Assembly: GCA_035604335.1 (NCBI GenBank)
Contig: DATNIT010000285.1
Span: 1-64,000, forward strand
Source of the DNA: Stellaceae bacterium
GTDB taxonomy: Bacteria > Pseudomonadota > Alphaproteobacteria > ATCC43930 > CGMCC-115725
DNA: 64,000 nucleotides
Reading direction: 5' to 3'
Each line of letters opens with the position of its first letter. Within the stretch, counting starts at the first letter, position 1. Of this stretch, positions 49,817 through 61,494 are shown piece after piece. The notes beneath the pieces are model-generated. The model was not told the DNA's origin and searched no databases. It was given only the letters and a program-made list of their open reading frames with translations. Position numbers and translations under genes: made by a program.

Positions 49817-51103
49817 ATGAGAGCAGGGAAAGCCATCGGGGCGTTGGCTTTGGCTGGCGCATTGATGCTGCCGAGCGCGCTGGCGCAGGCGGAGGATACG
49901 ATCAAGGTGGGTGTGCTGCATTCGCTGTCGGGCACCATGGCCATCAGCGAGACCACGCTCAAGGACACCGTCCTGATGATGGTGGACGACATCAACAAGA
50001 AGGGCGGATTGCTCGGCAAGAAAGTCGAGGCGGTCGTGGTCGATCCGGCCTCGAACTGGCCGCTCTTTGCGGAGAAGGCGCGCGAGCTGATCCAGAAGGA
50101 CGGCGTCGCCGTGGTGTTCGGCTGCTGGACCTCGGTCTCGCGCAAATCCGTGTTGCCGGTGTTCGAGGAGCTGAACGGGCTGCTGTTCTATCCCGTGCAG
50201 TATGAGGGCGAGGAGAGCTCGAACAACGTGTTCTACACGGGCGCCGCGCCGAACCAGCAGGCGATCCCGGCGGTCGAGTACCTCATGGGCAAGGAGGGTG
50301 GCGAGGTGAAGCGTTGGGTGCTGGAAGGCACCGACTACGTCTATCCCCGCACCACCAACAAGATCCTCGAGGCGTTCCTGAAGTCGAAGGGCGTCGCCGC
50401 GGACGACATCATGATCAACTACACGCCGTTCGGCTTCTCCGACTGGCAGACCGAGGTGGCCGCGATCAAGAAGTTCGCCTCCGCCGGCAAGAAAACGGCG
50501 GTGGTGTCGACCATCAACGGCGATGCCAACGTGCCCTTCTACAAGGAGCTCGCCAACGCCGGCATCAAGGCCTCCGACATTCCCGTCGTGGCCTTCTCGG
50601 TCGGCGAGGAAGAGCTCGCGGGCATCGATACCAAGAACCTGGTCGGCCACCTCGCGGCCTGGAACTACTTCGAGTCCGTGAAAAATCCGACCAACGACGC
50701 CTTCATCAAGGAGTGGCACACGTTCATCAAGAACGACAAGCGCGTGACCAACGACCCCATGGAAGCCACCTACATTGGCTTCAAGATGTGGGCGCAAGCT
50801 GTGGCGCAGGCGGGCACCACCGAGGTGAACGCGGTGCGGCAGGCGATGTACGGGCAGACCGTCAAGGCGCCCAGCGGCTTCACGGCGGTGATGAACACCA
50901 ACCATCACCTCTCGAAGCCCGTGATGATCGGCGAGATCCAGGCGAACGGTCAGTTCGACATCGTCTGGCAGACCAAGGGCCCGATCAAGGCCGACGCCTG
51001 GAGCCCGTTCCTGCCGGAGGACAAGGGCAAGGTCGCCGATTGGACCTTCCCCTGGGTCTGCGGCAACTGCACGGAGCCCAAGTACAAGGTGCTGACGGAC
51101 TGA
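49817..51103 (+). CDS. urtA: Urea ABC transporter substrate-binding protein
   Basis: GAGGAGG RBS; signal peptide; C-terminal WVCGNC motif. Confidence 0.9.
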   Translation: MRAGKAIGALALAGALMLPSALAQAEDTIKVGVLHSLSGTMAISETTLKDTVLMMVDDINKKGGLLGKKVEAVVVDPASNWPLFAEKARELIQKDGVAVVFGCWTSVSRKSVLPVFEELNGLLFYPVQYEGEESSNNVFYTGAAPNQQAIPAVEYLMGKEGGEVKRWVLEGTDYVYPRTTNKILEAFLKSKGVAADDIMINYTPFGFSDWQTEVAAIKKFASAGKKTAVVSTINGDANVPFYKELANAGIKASDIPVVAFSVGEEELAGIDTKNLVGHLAAWNYFESVKNPTNDAFIKEWHTFIKNDKRVTNDPMEATYIGFKMWAQAVAQAGTTEVNAVRQAMYGQTVKAPSGFTAVMNTNHHLSKPVMIGEIQANGQFDIVWQTKGPIKADAWSPFLPEDKGKVADWTFPWVCGNCTEPKYKVLTD

Positions 51104-51104
51104 G

Positions 51105-52793
51105 TTGATGTCACGGCCGGGCCCGACCGCGGGGGCGGTCGGGCTCGTGCCGATCGTCCCATTCTGGGGGCAGGGGTTTATGGTGGGGCTTCGCCGTCTG
51201 CTTCTGGCAGCGCTCGCGATCCTGGCGATGGCCGCATCGGCCCGGGCCGACGATCTGCACGATCTGATCGACCGCCTCGGCGCGGAGAGCTTTGCGGATA
51301 AGGAGCAAGCCGTGACGGCGCTGGGCGAGCTCGGCGACGGCCGCGCCGTGCCGGCGCTCAAGGCCCTCAACGATGGCCTGCTCTATCGCACCGCCGACGG
51401 TCATGTCGTCGTAGCCGAGCAGGCTGGCAATACGAACAAGCTTTTCGATCCCGAGGACCACGCCGCGCTCGGCGAGGCCAAGGACGATGCAATCGACAAG
51501 GTGCGCGTGAACAATCGGTTGCGCGGCACCATCTCGGGCGCGCTCAGCCGTCTCACGCTGGTCAGCACCAACCGCGATGACCGGCTCGATGCCGCCCGAG
51601 ACGCATTGAAGCACCTCTCCGAGGTTTCCACGCCCGCGCTGGAACATGCGCTGCAGAGCGAGAAGGACCCGGAAGTGCGACGGGCGCTCACGCTGGCACT
51701 CTCCGCGGCACACCTTACCACCGGTACCAACGAGCAGCGCATCGCCGCGATTTCTGCGCTCACGCAATCCTCCGACCCGGAGATCCGCTCGCTTCTAGGT
51801 CAGCTCGCGAACAACGGGGATCTCGATCCGGCGGTGCGCAAAGCCCTGGAGGCGGCGCAGCGCAGCCTCGAGCAGCGGCTGATGTGGATCGGGTTCGCCG
51901 AGAACCTGTTCCAGGGGCTGAGCCTCGGCAGCGTGCTGCTGCTGGCCGCGATCGGACTTGCCATCACCTTCGGCGTCATGGGCGTCATCAACATGGCCCA
52001 TGGCGAGATGATCATGCTGGGGGCCTACACCACCTTCGTCGTGCAGGAGATCTTCCGCGCTTTCCTGCCGCCAGCCTGGATCGACTCCTATCTCATCGTG
52101 TCGGTGCCCGCGGCCTTCCTGGTCGCAGGACTGGTCGGCATCGTGCTCGAGCGCAGCATCATCCGTTTCCTCTACGGGCGCCCGCTCGAGACCATGCTCG
52201 CGACGTGGGGCGTGAGCCTGATCCTGCAGCAGCTCGTGCGTACCGTGTTCGGTGCGCCGAACAAGGAGGTCTCCAATCCCAGCTGGATGACCGGCGGCAT
52301 CGACGTGCTCGGGGGCGCCACCATCACTTGGAACCGCATCGTCATCCTGGCTTTCTGCTCGGTGGTGATGGTCTGCCTCGCCCTCTTGCTGCGCCGCACC
52401 TCGTTCGGCCTGCACATGCGCGCGGTGACTCAGAACCGGGACATGGCGGCCGTCATGGGCATTCCGACCGCGCGCATCGATGCGCTGACCTTCGGCTTCG
52501 GCTCGGGGATCGCCGGTATCGGCGGGGTGGCACTGAGCCAGATCGGCAACGTGAGCCCGAACCTGGGCACCATCTACATCGTCGACAGTTTCCTCGTCGT
52601 GGTGTTCGGCGGCGTCGGCAGCCTCATGGGTACGCTGGTGGGTGCCCTGGGCCTCGGCGTCGCCAACAAGCTCCTGGAGCCAGTGGCCGGCGCGGTGCTG
52701 GGCAAGGTCGCGATCCTGCTGGCGATCATCCTCTTCATCCAGAAGCGGCCGCGCGGGCTCTTCGCCCTCAAGGGCCGAGCGGCGGAGAGCTGA
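51105..52793 (+). CDS. urtB: Urea ABC transporter permease with long N-terminal HEAT-like periplasmic extension
   Basis: C-terminal LivH-type permease; N-terminal roughly 250 aa of repeated A/L/D-rich helical repeats after a signal peptide. Start may be slightly downstream. Confidence 0.85.
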   Translation: MMSRPGPTAGAVGLVPIVPFWGQGFMVGLRRLLLAALAILAMAASARADDLHDLIDRLGAESFADKEQAVTALGELGDGRAVPALKALNDGLLYRTADGHVVVAEQAGNTNKLFDPEDHAALGEAKDDAIDKVRVNNRLRGTISGALSRLTLVSTNRDDRLDAARDALKHLSEVSTPALEHALQSEKDPEVRRALTLALSAAHLTTGTNEQRIAAISALTQSSDPEIRSLLGQLANNGDLDPAVRKALEAAQRSLEQRLMWIGFAENLFQGLSLGSVLLLAAIGLAITFGVMGVINMAHGEMIMLGAYTTFVVQEIFRAFLPPAWIDSYLIVSVPAAFLVAGLVGIVLERSIIRFLYGRPLETMLATWGVSLILQQLVRTVFGAPNKEVSNPSWMTGGIDVLGGATITWNRIVILAFCSVVMVCLALLLRRTSFGLHMRAVTQNRDMAAVMGIPTARIDALTFGFGSGIAGIGGVALSQIGNVSPNLGTIYIVDSFLVVVFGGVGSLMGTLVGALGLGVANKLLEPVAGAVLGKVAILLAIILFIQKRPRGLFALKGRAAES

Positions 52794-52797
52794 GGCG

Positions 52798-53925
52798 ATG
52801 TCCTCCGCACCCGGCTTTCTCGATCGGCGAGGTTGGGCCTGGTTCCTCGCGGTCGGCGCGCTGCTGATGGTCGTGGTGCCGCTGCTCAACGCCCTGCCGG
52901 CAGCCGGCACCGCTCTCTGGATGCCCGACTATCTCATTCCCCTTTTCGGGAAATATGCCTGCTACGCCATCCTGGCCTTGAGCCTCGACCTCATCTGGGG
53001 CTACGCGGGCATCCTGAGCCTCGGTCACGGCGCGTTCTTCGCGCTCGGCGGCTACGCCATGGGCATGTACCTCATGCGCCAGATAGGCACCCGCGGCGTC
53101 TATGCCAACGCCACGCTGCCGGACTTCATGGTGTTCCTGAACTGGAAAGGGCTGCCCTGGTACTGGCATGGCTTCGATCACTTCGCCTTCGCCGCGCTCA
53201 TGGTGGTGCTCGTTCCCGGCATCCTCGCCTTCGTGTTCGGCTGGTTCGCGTTCCGCTCGCGCATCACGGGCGTCTATTTCTCCATCATCACGCAGGCGCT
53301 CACCTACGCGCTCCTGCTCGCCTTCTTCCGGAACGACATGGGCTTCGGCGGCAACAACGGATTGACCGACTTCAAGGACGTGCTCGGCTTCGAGATCCAG
53401 GCGCAATCGACCCGACGCGCCCTCTACGCCGTCTCGGTGGCCGCGATGGGGGGCAGCTTTCTGCTCTGCCGGCTCATCGTGGCGTCCAAGCTCGGACGCG
53501 TGCTGCTCGCGCTCCGCGACGCCGAAACCCGCGTCCGGTTCCTCGGTTACTCCACCGCCCATGCAAAGCTCTTCGTCTTCACCCTGTCCGCCGTGCTGGC
53601 TGGCGTCGCGGGCGCCCTCTATGTACCGCAGGTCGGCATCATCAACCCCAGCGAGTTCTCGCCGGCGAATTCGATCGAGATCGCGACCTGGGTCGCGGTC
53701 GGCGGGCGCGGCACGCTCGTGGGCGCGCTGGTTGGGGCGGTCGCCGTCAACCTGCTCAAGAGCTGGCTCACGGGCGCGGTGCCGGAAGCCTGGCTGTTCG
53801 TGCTCGGCGGCCTCTTCATCTTGGTGACATTGGTATTCCCGCGCGGTGTCGTGGGGCTTGCGCAGCAGCTCAGGGATTTGCGGCGCCCGATCGCGGCGGT
53901 CGGCGCCGGGAAGCTCGCGAAATGA
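52798..53925 (+). CDS. urtC: Urea ABC transporter permease
   Basis: LivM-type TM protein. ATG 52798 found by locating MSSAPGF in the over-extended track ORF. Confidence 0.85.
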   Translation: MSSAPGFLDRRGWAWFLAVGALLMVVVPLLNALPAAGTALWMPDYLIPLFGKYACYAILALSLDLIWGYAGILSLGHGAFFALGGYAMGMYLMRQIGTRGVYANATLPDFMVFLNWKGLPWYWHGFDHFAFAALMVVLVPGILAFVFGWFAFRSRITGVYFSIITQALTYALLLAFFRNDMGFGGNNGLTDFKDVLGFEIQAQSTRRALYAVSVAAMGGSFLLCRLIVASKLGRVLLALRDAETRVRFLGYSTAHAKLFVFTLSAVLAGVAGALYVPQVGIINPSEFSPANSIEIATWVAVGGRGTLVGALVGAVAVNLLKSWLTGAVPEAWLFVLGGLFILVTLVFPRGVVGLAQQLRDLRRPIAAVGAGKLAK

Positions 53926-54680
53926 CCGCCGCAACTGGTACCGGGACGCCGCTCCTCTACCTCGACGGCGTCACCGTCAGCTTCGACGGCTTCAAGGCGC
54001 TGAATGGCCTCTCCTTCATGGTCGAGCGCGGCGAGCTGCGCAGCGTCATCGGGCCCAACGGCGCCGGCAAGACCACCATGATGGACGTGATCACCGGCAA
54101 GACGCGGCCGGACGAGGGCAAGGTGTTCTTCGACGGCACCGTGGACCTGACGCGGCTCGACGAGTCTGCGATCGCCAATCTCGGGATCGGGCGAAAATTC
54201 CAGAAACCCACGGTGTTCGAGAACCTCACCGTGTTTGAGAACCTGGAGCTCGCGCAGAAATGCCCGCGCGGCACCTGGCACACTCTGCTCGCGGGCTTGA
54301 CGGGAACGCAGCGCGAAGACATCGACCGCACGCTCGAGACGATCGGGCTTTCCGGCCGCGAGAGCGCGCTCGCAGGCGCGCTCAGTCATGGCCAGAAGCA
54401 ATGGCTGGAGATCGGCATGCTCTTGATTCAGGATCAGCAGATCCTGCTCCTGGACGAGCCCGTGGCGGGGATGACCGACCACGAGACCTCGCTCACGGCG
54501 GAGCTGATCCTGAGCCTCGCGGGCGACCGCACGCTGATCGTGGTGGAGCACGACATGGAATTCGTGCGCGACCTGGGTGCCCGCGTCACCGTGCTCCACG
54601 AGGGCGCGGTGCTCGCCGACGGCACCATCGAGCACGTGCAAAACCAGCCTGCCGTGATCGACGTCTATCTCGGACGCTGA
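53922..54680 (+). CDS. urtD: Urea ABC transporter ATP-binding protein
   Basis: Walker A GPNGAGKTT, LSHGQKQWLEIGM; ATGA overlap with urtC. Confidence 0.9.
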   Translation: MTAATGTGTPLLYLDGVTVSFDGFKALNGLSFMVERGELRSVIGPNGAGKTTMMDVITGKTRPDEGKVFFDGTVDLTRLDESAIANLGIGRKFQKPTVFENLTVFENLELAQKCPRGTWHTLLAGLTGTQREDIDRTLETIGLSGRESALAGALSHGQKQWLEIGMLLIQDQQILLLDEPVAGMTDHETSLTAELILSLAGDRTLIVVEHDMEFVRDLGARVTVLHEGAVLADGTIEHVQNQPAVIDVYLGR

Positions 54681-54682
54681 CC

Positions 54683-55378
54683 ATGCTCGCCGCCGCCGAC
54701 ATCGATCTCTACTACGGCGCGAGCCATATCCTTCGCCGGGCCGGCATCACCGCGGAGCGCGGCAAGGTCACGTGCCTCCTCGGCCGCAACGGCGTCGGGA
54801 AGACCAGCCTGCTGCGCGCGATCTTCGGCCTGCAGCCGATCCGGGGCGGGCGGATCCTCTGGGACGGCCAGGATATCGCCGGCCTCAAGCCCCATGAGCG
54901 GGCGCGCCGCGGGCTCGCGTTGGTTCCGCAGGGCCGCGAGATCTTTCCGCGTCTCACCGTGCAGGAGAACCTCGAGACCGGCTTTGCACCGCTCCCTCGC
55001 GAGAAGCGGCGCATCTCCGACGAGATCTTCAGTCTGTTCCCGGTGCTGCGCGACATGCTGCGGCGGCGCGGCGGAGACCTCTCGGGCGGTCAGCAGCAGC
55101 AGCTTGCGATCGCGCGCGCGCTCGTCACGGGACCGCAGCTTCTGGTGTTGGACGAGCCCACCGAGGGCATCCAGCCCTCGATCATCAAGGAGATCGAGCG
55201 GGTGATCCGCGACCTCGCCGCGCGCGGCGACATGGCGATCCTGCTGGTCGAGCAATACTTCGAGTTCGCGCGCGCGCTCGCCGACACCTATGTGGTCATG
55301 GACCGCGGCGAGGTGGTACTGTCGGGCCTCACCCGCGACATGGTGGAGGCGGATGTCCGTCGTTACCTTACGGTCTGA
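54683..55378 (+). CDS. urtE: Urea ABC transporter ATP-binding protein
   Basis: Walker A GRNGVGKTS, LSGGQQQQLAIARAL. Confidence 0.9.
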   Translation: MLAAADIDLYYGASHILRRAGITAERGKVTCLLGRNGVGKTSLLRAIFGLQPIRGGRILWDGQDIAGLKPHERARRGLALVPQGREIFPRLTVQENLETGFAPLPREKRRISDEIFSLFPVLRDMLRRRGGDLSGGQQQQLAIARALVTGPQLLVLDEPTEGIQPSIIKEIERVIRDLAARGDMAILLVEQYFEFARALADTYVVMDRGEVVLSGLTRDMVEADVRRYLTV

Positions 55379-56237
55379 GCGTCCACACCCTTCGGTCGTC
55401 GCGCGCGCCTTTCCGGCTTTCGAGCGCGGCGACGGCGCCTCCGAGCTGCGTTTCGCGCGGAGGGACGGCGTCACCTCCCTCGCCCACCTCTATCAGCGCG
55501 CACCCTGCCGGGTGATGTTTCCGAATTCTCCCGCGGACGATCTGCCGCTCGCCGCGCTGCTCACGACATCCGGCGGCCTCGCGGGCGGAGACCGCGTCCG
55601 GATCTCCGTTGGTGTCGAGGAGGGCGCGCAAGCCGTCGTCACCACTCAGGCCGCGGAGAAGATCTATCGCTCGCTCGGACCGGATACGCGCATCGAAATC
55701 GCGCTCACCGTCGGGTCCGACGCGTGGCTCGAATGGATTCCGCAGGAAACCATTCTGTTCGACCGCGCGCGGCTCTCGCGCGGCACCACCGCCGAGATCG
55801 AGCCAGGTGGGAGGCTGCTGGCGGCGGAGATGATCGTGTTCGGGCGCACCGCGCGCGGCGAGCGACTGTCAGCGGGCTTGTTTCATGACCGCTGGACCAT
55901 TCGCATGGCCGGACGCCTCCGCTGGATCGACGCGGTCCGATTGGACGGCGACATCGCGCGCCACCTCGACTCCCCCGCCGGCTTCGACGGCGCCACGGCC
56001 ATCGCGACGGCGATCTATGTCGGCGCGAACGCGCCGGGCTTGCTGCCGTTGGCGCGCGCGCTCGCGCTCGACAGCGACTCTCGGGCGGGAGCGACTTTGG
56101 TCGATGGCATCCTGCTCGCGCGGTTTCTCGGACGGGATGCGCGTGTGCTGCGCGCCGACCTCGCCCGCTACCTCGCCGATCTCCGACGGGCCGCCGCAGG
56201 GCTGCCCGCGCGGGTGCCACGTCTTTGGCAGTGCTGA
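55353..56237 (+). CDS. ureD: Urease accessory protein UreD
   Basis: UreD/UreH family; start ATG 55353 overlaps urtE by 26 nt. Confidence 0.8.
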   Translation: MSVVTLRSERPHPSVVARAFPAFERGDGASELRFARRDGVTSLAHLYQRAPCRVMFPNSPADDLPLAALLTTSGGLAGGDRVRISVGVEEGAQAVVTTQAAEKIYRSLGPDTRIEIALTVGSDAWLEWIPQETILFDRARLSRGTTAEIEPGGRLLAAEMIVFGRTARGERLSAGLFHDRWTIRMAGRLRWIDAVRLDGDIARHLDSPAGFDGATAIATAIYVGANAPGLLPLARALALDSDSRAGATLVDGILLARFLGRDARVLRADLARYLADLRRAAAGLPARVPRLWQC

Positions 56238-56246
56238 GGTCCTGCG

Positions 56247-56549
56247 ATGCATTTGACACCCCGAGAGAAGGACAAGCTCCTGGTCGCCATGGCGGCGCAG
56301 GTCGCGCGCCGGCGGCTCGAGCGCGGCGTAAAGCTCAACTATCCCGAGGCCGTGGCGCTGATCACCGACTTCGTCGTCGAGGGCGCGCGAGACGGGCGCC
56401 CTGTCGCAGAGCTCATGCGCGACGGGGCTACGGTCCTATCCCGAGCGCAGGTGATGGAGGGCGTGCCGGACATGGTCGCGGAGATCCAGGTCGAGGCAAC
56501 GTTTCCCGACGGCACCAAGCTCGTTACCGTTCACAAGCCGATCCGATAA
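56247..56549 (+). CDS. ureA: Urease gamma subunit
   Basis: [12 protein letters not shown]... classic UreA, 100 aa. Confidence 0.95.
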   Translation: MHLTPREKDKLLVAMAAQVARRRLERGVKLNYPEAVALITDFVVEGARDGRPVAELMRDGATVLSRAQVMEGVPDMVAEIQVEATFPDGTKLVTVHKPIR

Positions 56550-56560
56550 GGAGGCCCCAC

Positions 56561-56877
56561 ATGATTCCCGGTGAGGTGATCCCGCGCGCGGGCGACATCG
56601 AGCTGAACGCCGGCCGGGCGACGCTGACGCTCAAGGTCTCCAACACCGGCGATCGGCCCATCCAGGTGGGCTCGCACTATCATTTCTACGAGACCAATGA
56701 CGCGCTCCGCTTCGATCGCGAGCAGGCACGCGGCTTCCGCCTGGATATCGCGGCCGGCACCGCCGTGCGCTTCGAGCCCGGTCAGACGCGCGTCGTGCAT
56801 CTCGTGGCCTACGCGGGAGATCGCGTGGTGCATGGCTTTCAGGGCGCGATCGGCGGAAGACTCGAGAGCGCCAAGTC

Positions 56878-56881
<4 letters not shown>
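56561..56881 (+). CDS. ureB: Urease beta subunit
   Basis: MIPGEV...IQVGSHYHF; AAGGAGG RBS. Confidence 0.95.
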
Positions 56882-58590
<1,709 letters not shown>

Positions 58591-58592
58591 CC

Positions 58593-59087
58593 ATGCACCG
58601 CGCGACGCGCGCAGAGCGAGCGGGGCTTTGGCCGGAGAACCGGGCCGCGGGCGCCGTGACGCTTGGGTTCGATGATCGCCATCGCAGGCGCGTGCGCCTC
58701 GCGACCGACGCGGGCGAGGAGTTTCTCTTGGACCTGCCTCACGCCTTGTCGCTCGAGGACGGCGACGGCTTGCAGCTCGATGATGGCCGCTGGATCGCCG
58801 TCCGCGCGGCGGCGGAAAGCCTGATCGAGGTAACCGCGGAGCCAACGCTCCTCACTCGCCTCGCGTGGCACCTGGGCAACCGGCACCTGCCCGCGCGAAT
58901 CGAGCCGCGCCGCATCCTGATCAGGAGAGATCACGTCATCGCGGACATGCTCTCGAAGCTCGGTGCGACGCTGCGGTTCATCGACGCGCCCTTCACGCCC
59001 GAGCGCGGTGCGTATGACGATCGCCACGGCGACATCCACGGCCACGAGCACGCGCATGCGGATGCGCATCATCATGACCACGACTGA
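58593..59087 (+). CDS. ureE: Urease accessory protein UreE with His-rich tail
   Basis: UreE fold; C-terminal [20 protein letters not shown]. Confidence 0.85.
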   Translation: MHRATRAERAGLWPENRAAGAVTLGFDDRHRRRVRLATDAGEEFLLDLPHALSLEDGDGLQLDDGRWIAVRAAAESLIEVTAEPTLLTRLAWHLGNRHLPARIEPRRILIRRDHVIADMLSKLGATLRFIDAPFTPERGAYDDRHGDIHGHEHAHADAHHHDHD

Positions 59088-59763
59088 GACCGCTCTCTAC
59101 CGGCTGATGACCTGGCTCTCGCCGGCCTATCCGGTGGGAGCCTTCAGCTACAGCCATGGGCTCGAATATGCGGTCGAGGAGAAGCTCGTGCGCGACCGCG
59201 CTAGCCTGATCCAGTGGCTCGAAACCTCCATCGAGGTCGGCGCAGGCGGGATCGGCGGCGCCCTTCTTGCGGAGGCATGGCGGGCGGCAACCGACGACGA
59301 TGCTGACCGGCTGGAGGAGGTTGCCGCTTTGGCGGCGGCGTGGCGGAGCACCGGGGAGACCGCGCTCGAAAGCCAGGCGCAGGGAGCGGCGTTTCTCTCG
59401 GTCACGCGGACGGCCTGGCCTCACGCCCTGCTCGACCGTCTCGTGCCGGAGCGGCGCGGCGGCCCGATCGCGCTCTCGGTCGCCGTGGGCGCGACTTGCG
59501 GCAGCCACGGCATCCCGCTCCTCCCCGCGCTCGTCGCCTACCTGCATGGCTTTGCGAGCAACCTGGTCTCCGCCGGCGTCCGCCTCATCCCGCTGGGCCA
59601 GTCGGACGGCCAGCTTGCCATGGCGGCCCTGGAGCCGATCATCGACCGCTCCGCCCGCGTTTGTGCCGAGATCTCGCTCGACGAGGTCGGCAGCGCCGCC
59701 CCCATGCTGGACTGGTGCTCCATGCGTCACGAACTTCAATATACGAGGCTCTTCCGCTCATGA
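59074..59763 (+). CDS. ureF: Urease accessory protein UreF
   Basis: UreF family; overlaps the ureE 3' end. Confidence 0.8.
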   Translation: MTTTETALYRLMTWLSPAYPVGAFSYSHGLEYAVEEKLVRDRASLIQWLETSIEVGAGGIGGALLAEAWRAATDDDADRLEEVAALAAAWRSTGETALESQAQGAAFLSVTRTAWPHALLDRLVPERRGGPIALSVAVGATCGSHGIPLLPALVAYLHGFASNLVSAGVRLIPLGQSDGQLAMAALEPIIDRSARVCAEISLDEVGSAAPMLDWCSMRHELQYTRLFRS

Positions 59764-60395
59764 CCTCCTCTCCCAACGGCCCGCTGCGCGTGGGCATCGG
59801 CGGTCCCGTCGGCTCCGGCAAGACCGCGCTGGTCGACCGGCTCTGCAAATTCATGCGCGACCGCTACGACATCGCCGTGGTCACCAACGACATCTACACC
59901 AAGGAGGACGCGCAGTTCCTGACCCGGTCGGGCGCGCTAGTGCCCGAGCGTATCCTCGGCGTCGAGACCGGCGGTTGTCCGCATACCGCGATCCGCGAGG
60001 ACGCCTCGATCAATCTCGCCGCGGTCGCGCAGATGCGCGCGACCTACCCAGCCCTCGACCTGATCCTGATCGAATCCGGCGGCGATAATCTCGCCGCAAC
60101 CTTCAGCCCGGAGCTCGCGGACATTACGATCTACGTGATCGACGTCGCGGCCGGCGACAAGATTCCGCGCAAGGGCGGCCCCGGCATCTGCCGCTCCGAT
60201 CTGCTGGTGATCAACAAGATCGATTTGGCGCCGCTGGTTGGGGCCAGCCTCGAGGTGATGGACCGCGACGCCCGGCGCATGCGCGGCGAGCGTCCATTTC
60301 TGTTTACGAACCTGAAGGAGAACCTCGGCGTCGCCGAGGTGGCGGCGTTCATTGTCGCCGCCGGCGGCCTCGATCGGCGCGACACGGCGGCTTAG
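59760..60395 (+). CDS. ureG: Urease accessory GTPase UreG
   Basis: GPVGSGKT P-loop, CPH motif ([10 protein letters not shown]); ATGA overlap. Confidence 0.95.
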   Translation: MTSSPNGPLRVGIGGPVGSGKTALVDRLCKFMRDRYDIAVVTNDIYTKEDAQFLTRSGALVPERILGVETGGCPHTAIREDASINLAAVAQMRATYPALDLILIESGGDNLAATFSPELADITIYVIDVAAGDKIPRKGGPGICRSDLLVINKIDLAPLVGASLEVMDRDARRMRGERPFLFTNLKENLGVAEVAAFIVAAGGLDRRDTAA

Positions 60396-61393
60396 TCGAC
60401 GGCGTCTACCGCGAGGTGGGTGACGCAGTCGCCGCGCTCCACGCGGCCGAGATGGCGCTTGCAGATCACGAATCCGTCCGCCTTGAAATAGCACGGCGCG
60501 GCCAGCCGAGCGGGGTTGTCGATGAAATGCACCTCGCCGCAAAGCTGCCCGCGCTCCACGACATCGCCGAGCTCCACCGCGGGCTCGAAGAGGCCGGGCT
60601 CCGGCGCGTAGACGAAATAATCCCGGCTCGGGATCGATACGAGCCGGGTCGGCGCGGGTGCCGGTTCGCTAACCGGCGCTGTGATACCGAGATGCGCCAG
60701 CAGCCGGCGGGCGCCGCGGCTCACCAGCTCGATGCCGCCGCGGGTCACGCCGCCGCCGCCGAATTCGCCGCCCAAGGCGGGAATGCCGTGCTTCATCGCC
60801 GCGAGCGGCGAGAAGCGGGGATCCCGATGGCTCCGCCAGATGACCGACAAGGGCGCGCCGAAGGCCTTGAGCGCGGCAATCCCCTTCGCATTCACGGCGG
60901 TATCGTCGCCTTCGTGGACGCTCGCGAAGGGCACGTAATCGAGCGAGGTGCCGCCGGAGTGAAAATCGTGGAACAGCGCCGCCATGGGAAACAGCACGCT
61001 GTCTATGTAGTGCGCGATCTGCTGGGTCGGTCCGCCATCGGGATCGCCGGGGAAGGACCGGTTGAGGTTCCCTTGGTCGATCGGCGAGACGCGCGCGCTG
61101 TCAAGCGCGGCGGGCAGATTGGCCGCCGGCAGGATGATCACACGGCCCTGGATTTCAGAGGGCTCTAACGTTCGGATCAGCTTCGCCAGCGCGATCTGTC
61201 CTTCGTACTCGTCGCCGTGATTGCCCGCCATCAAGAACGCCGTGGGACCGCGCCCGTTGGCGACCACCGCGATCGGCAGCATCAGCGTGCCATAAGCCGA
61301 GCGCGTGACGGAGTGCGGCAGATGGAGCCACCCCACCTGCTTGCCGGGCTTGTCATAGTCGATGTCCGTCCAGATGTGCGATGCCTTGCTCAT
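60392..61393 (-). CDS. Succinylglutamate desuccinylase / aspartoacylase (AstE/AspA) family deacylase
   Basis: GNHGDEYEG zinc-binding motif. ATG 61393 found inside the over-extended track ORF. Confidence 0.7.
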   Translation of the reverse strand: MSKASHIWTDIDYDKPGKQVGWLHLPHSVTRSAYGTLMLPIAVVANGRGPTAFLMAGNHGDEYEGQIALAKLIRTLEPSEIQGRVIILPAANLPAALDSARVSPIDQGNLNRSFPGDPDGGPTQQIAHYIDSVLFPMAALFHDFHSGGTSLDYVPFASVHEGDDTAVNAKGIAALKAFGAPLSVIWRSHRDPRFSPLAAMKHGIPALGGEFGGGGVTRGGIELVSRGARRLLAHLGITAPVSEPAPAPTRLVSIPSRDYFVYAPEPGLFEPAVELGDVVERGQLCGEVHFIDNPARLAAPCYFKADGFVICKRHLGRVERGDCVTHLAVDAVD

Positions 61394-61494
61394 CCTGCCT
61401 CTCCCGTTGCATCGGCATTGTGGCGCCTCGATGCCTTCCTTGCCACCCGCGCGGAGGCCGGGCAAGAATGCGCGAGAAAAATTGGGGAGCGCCG

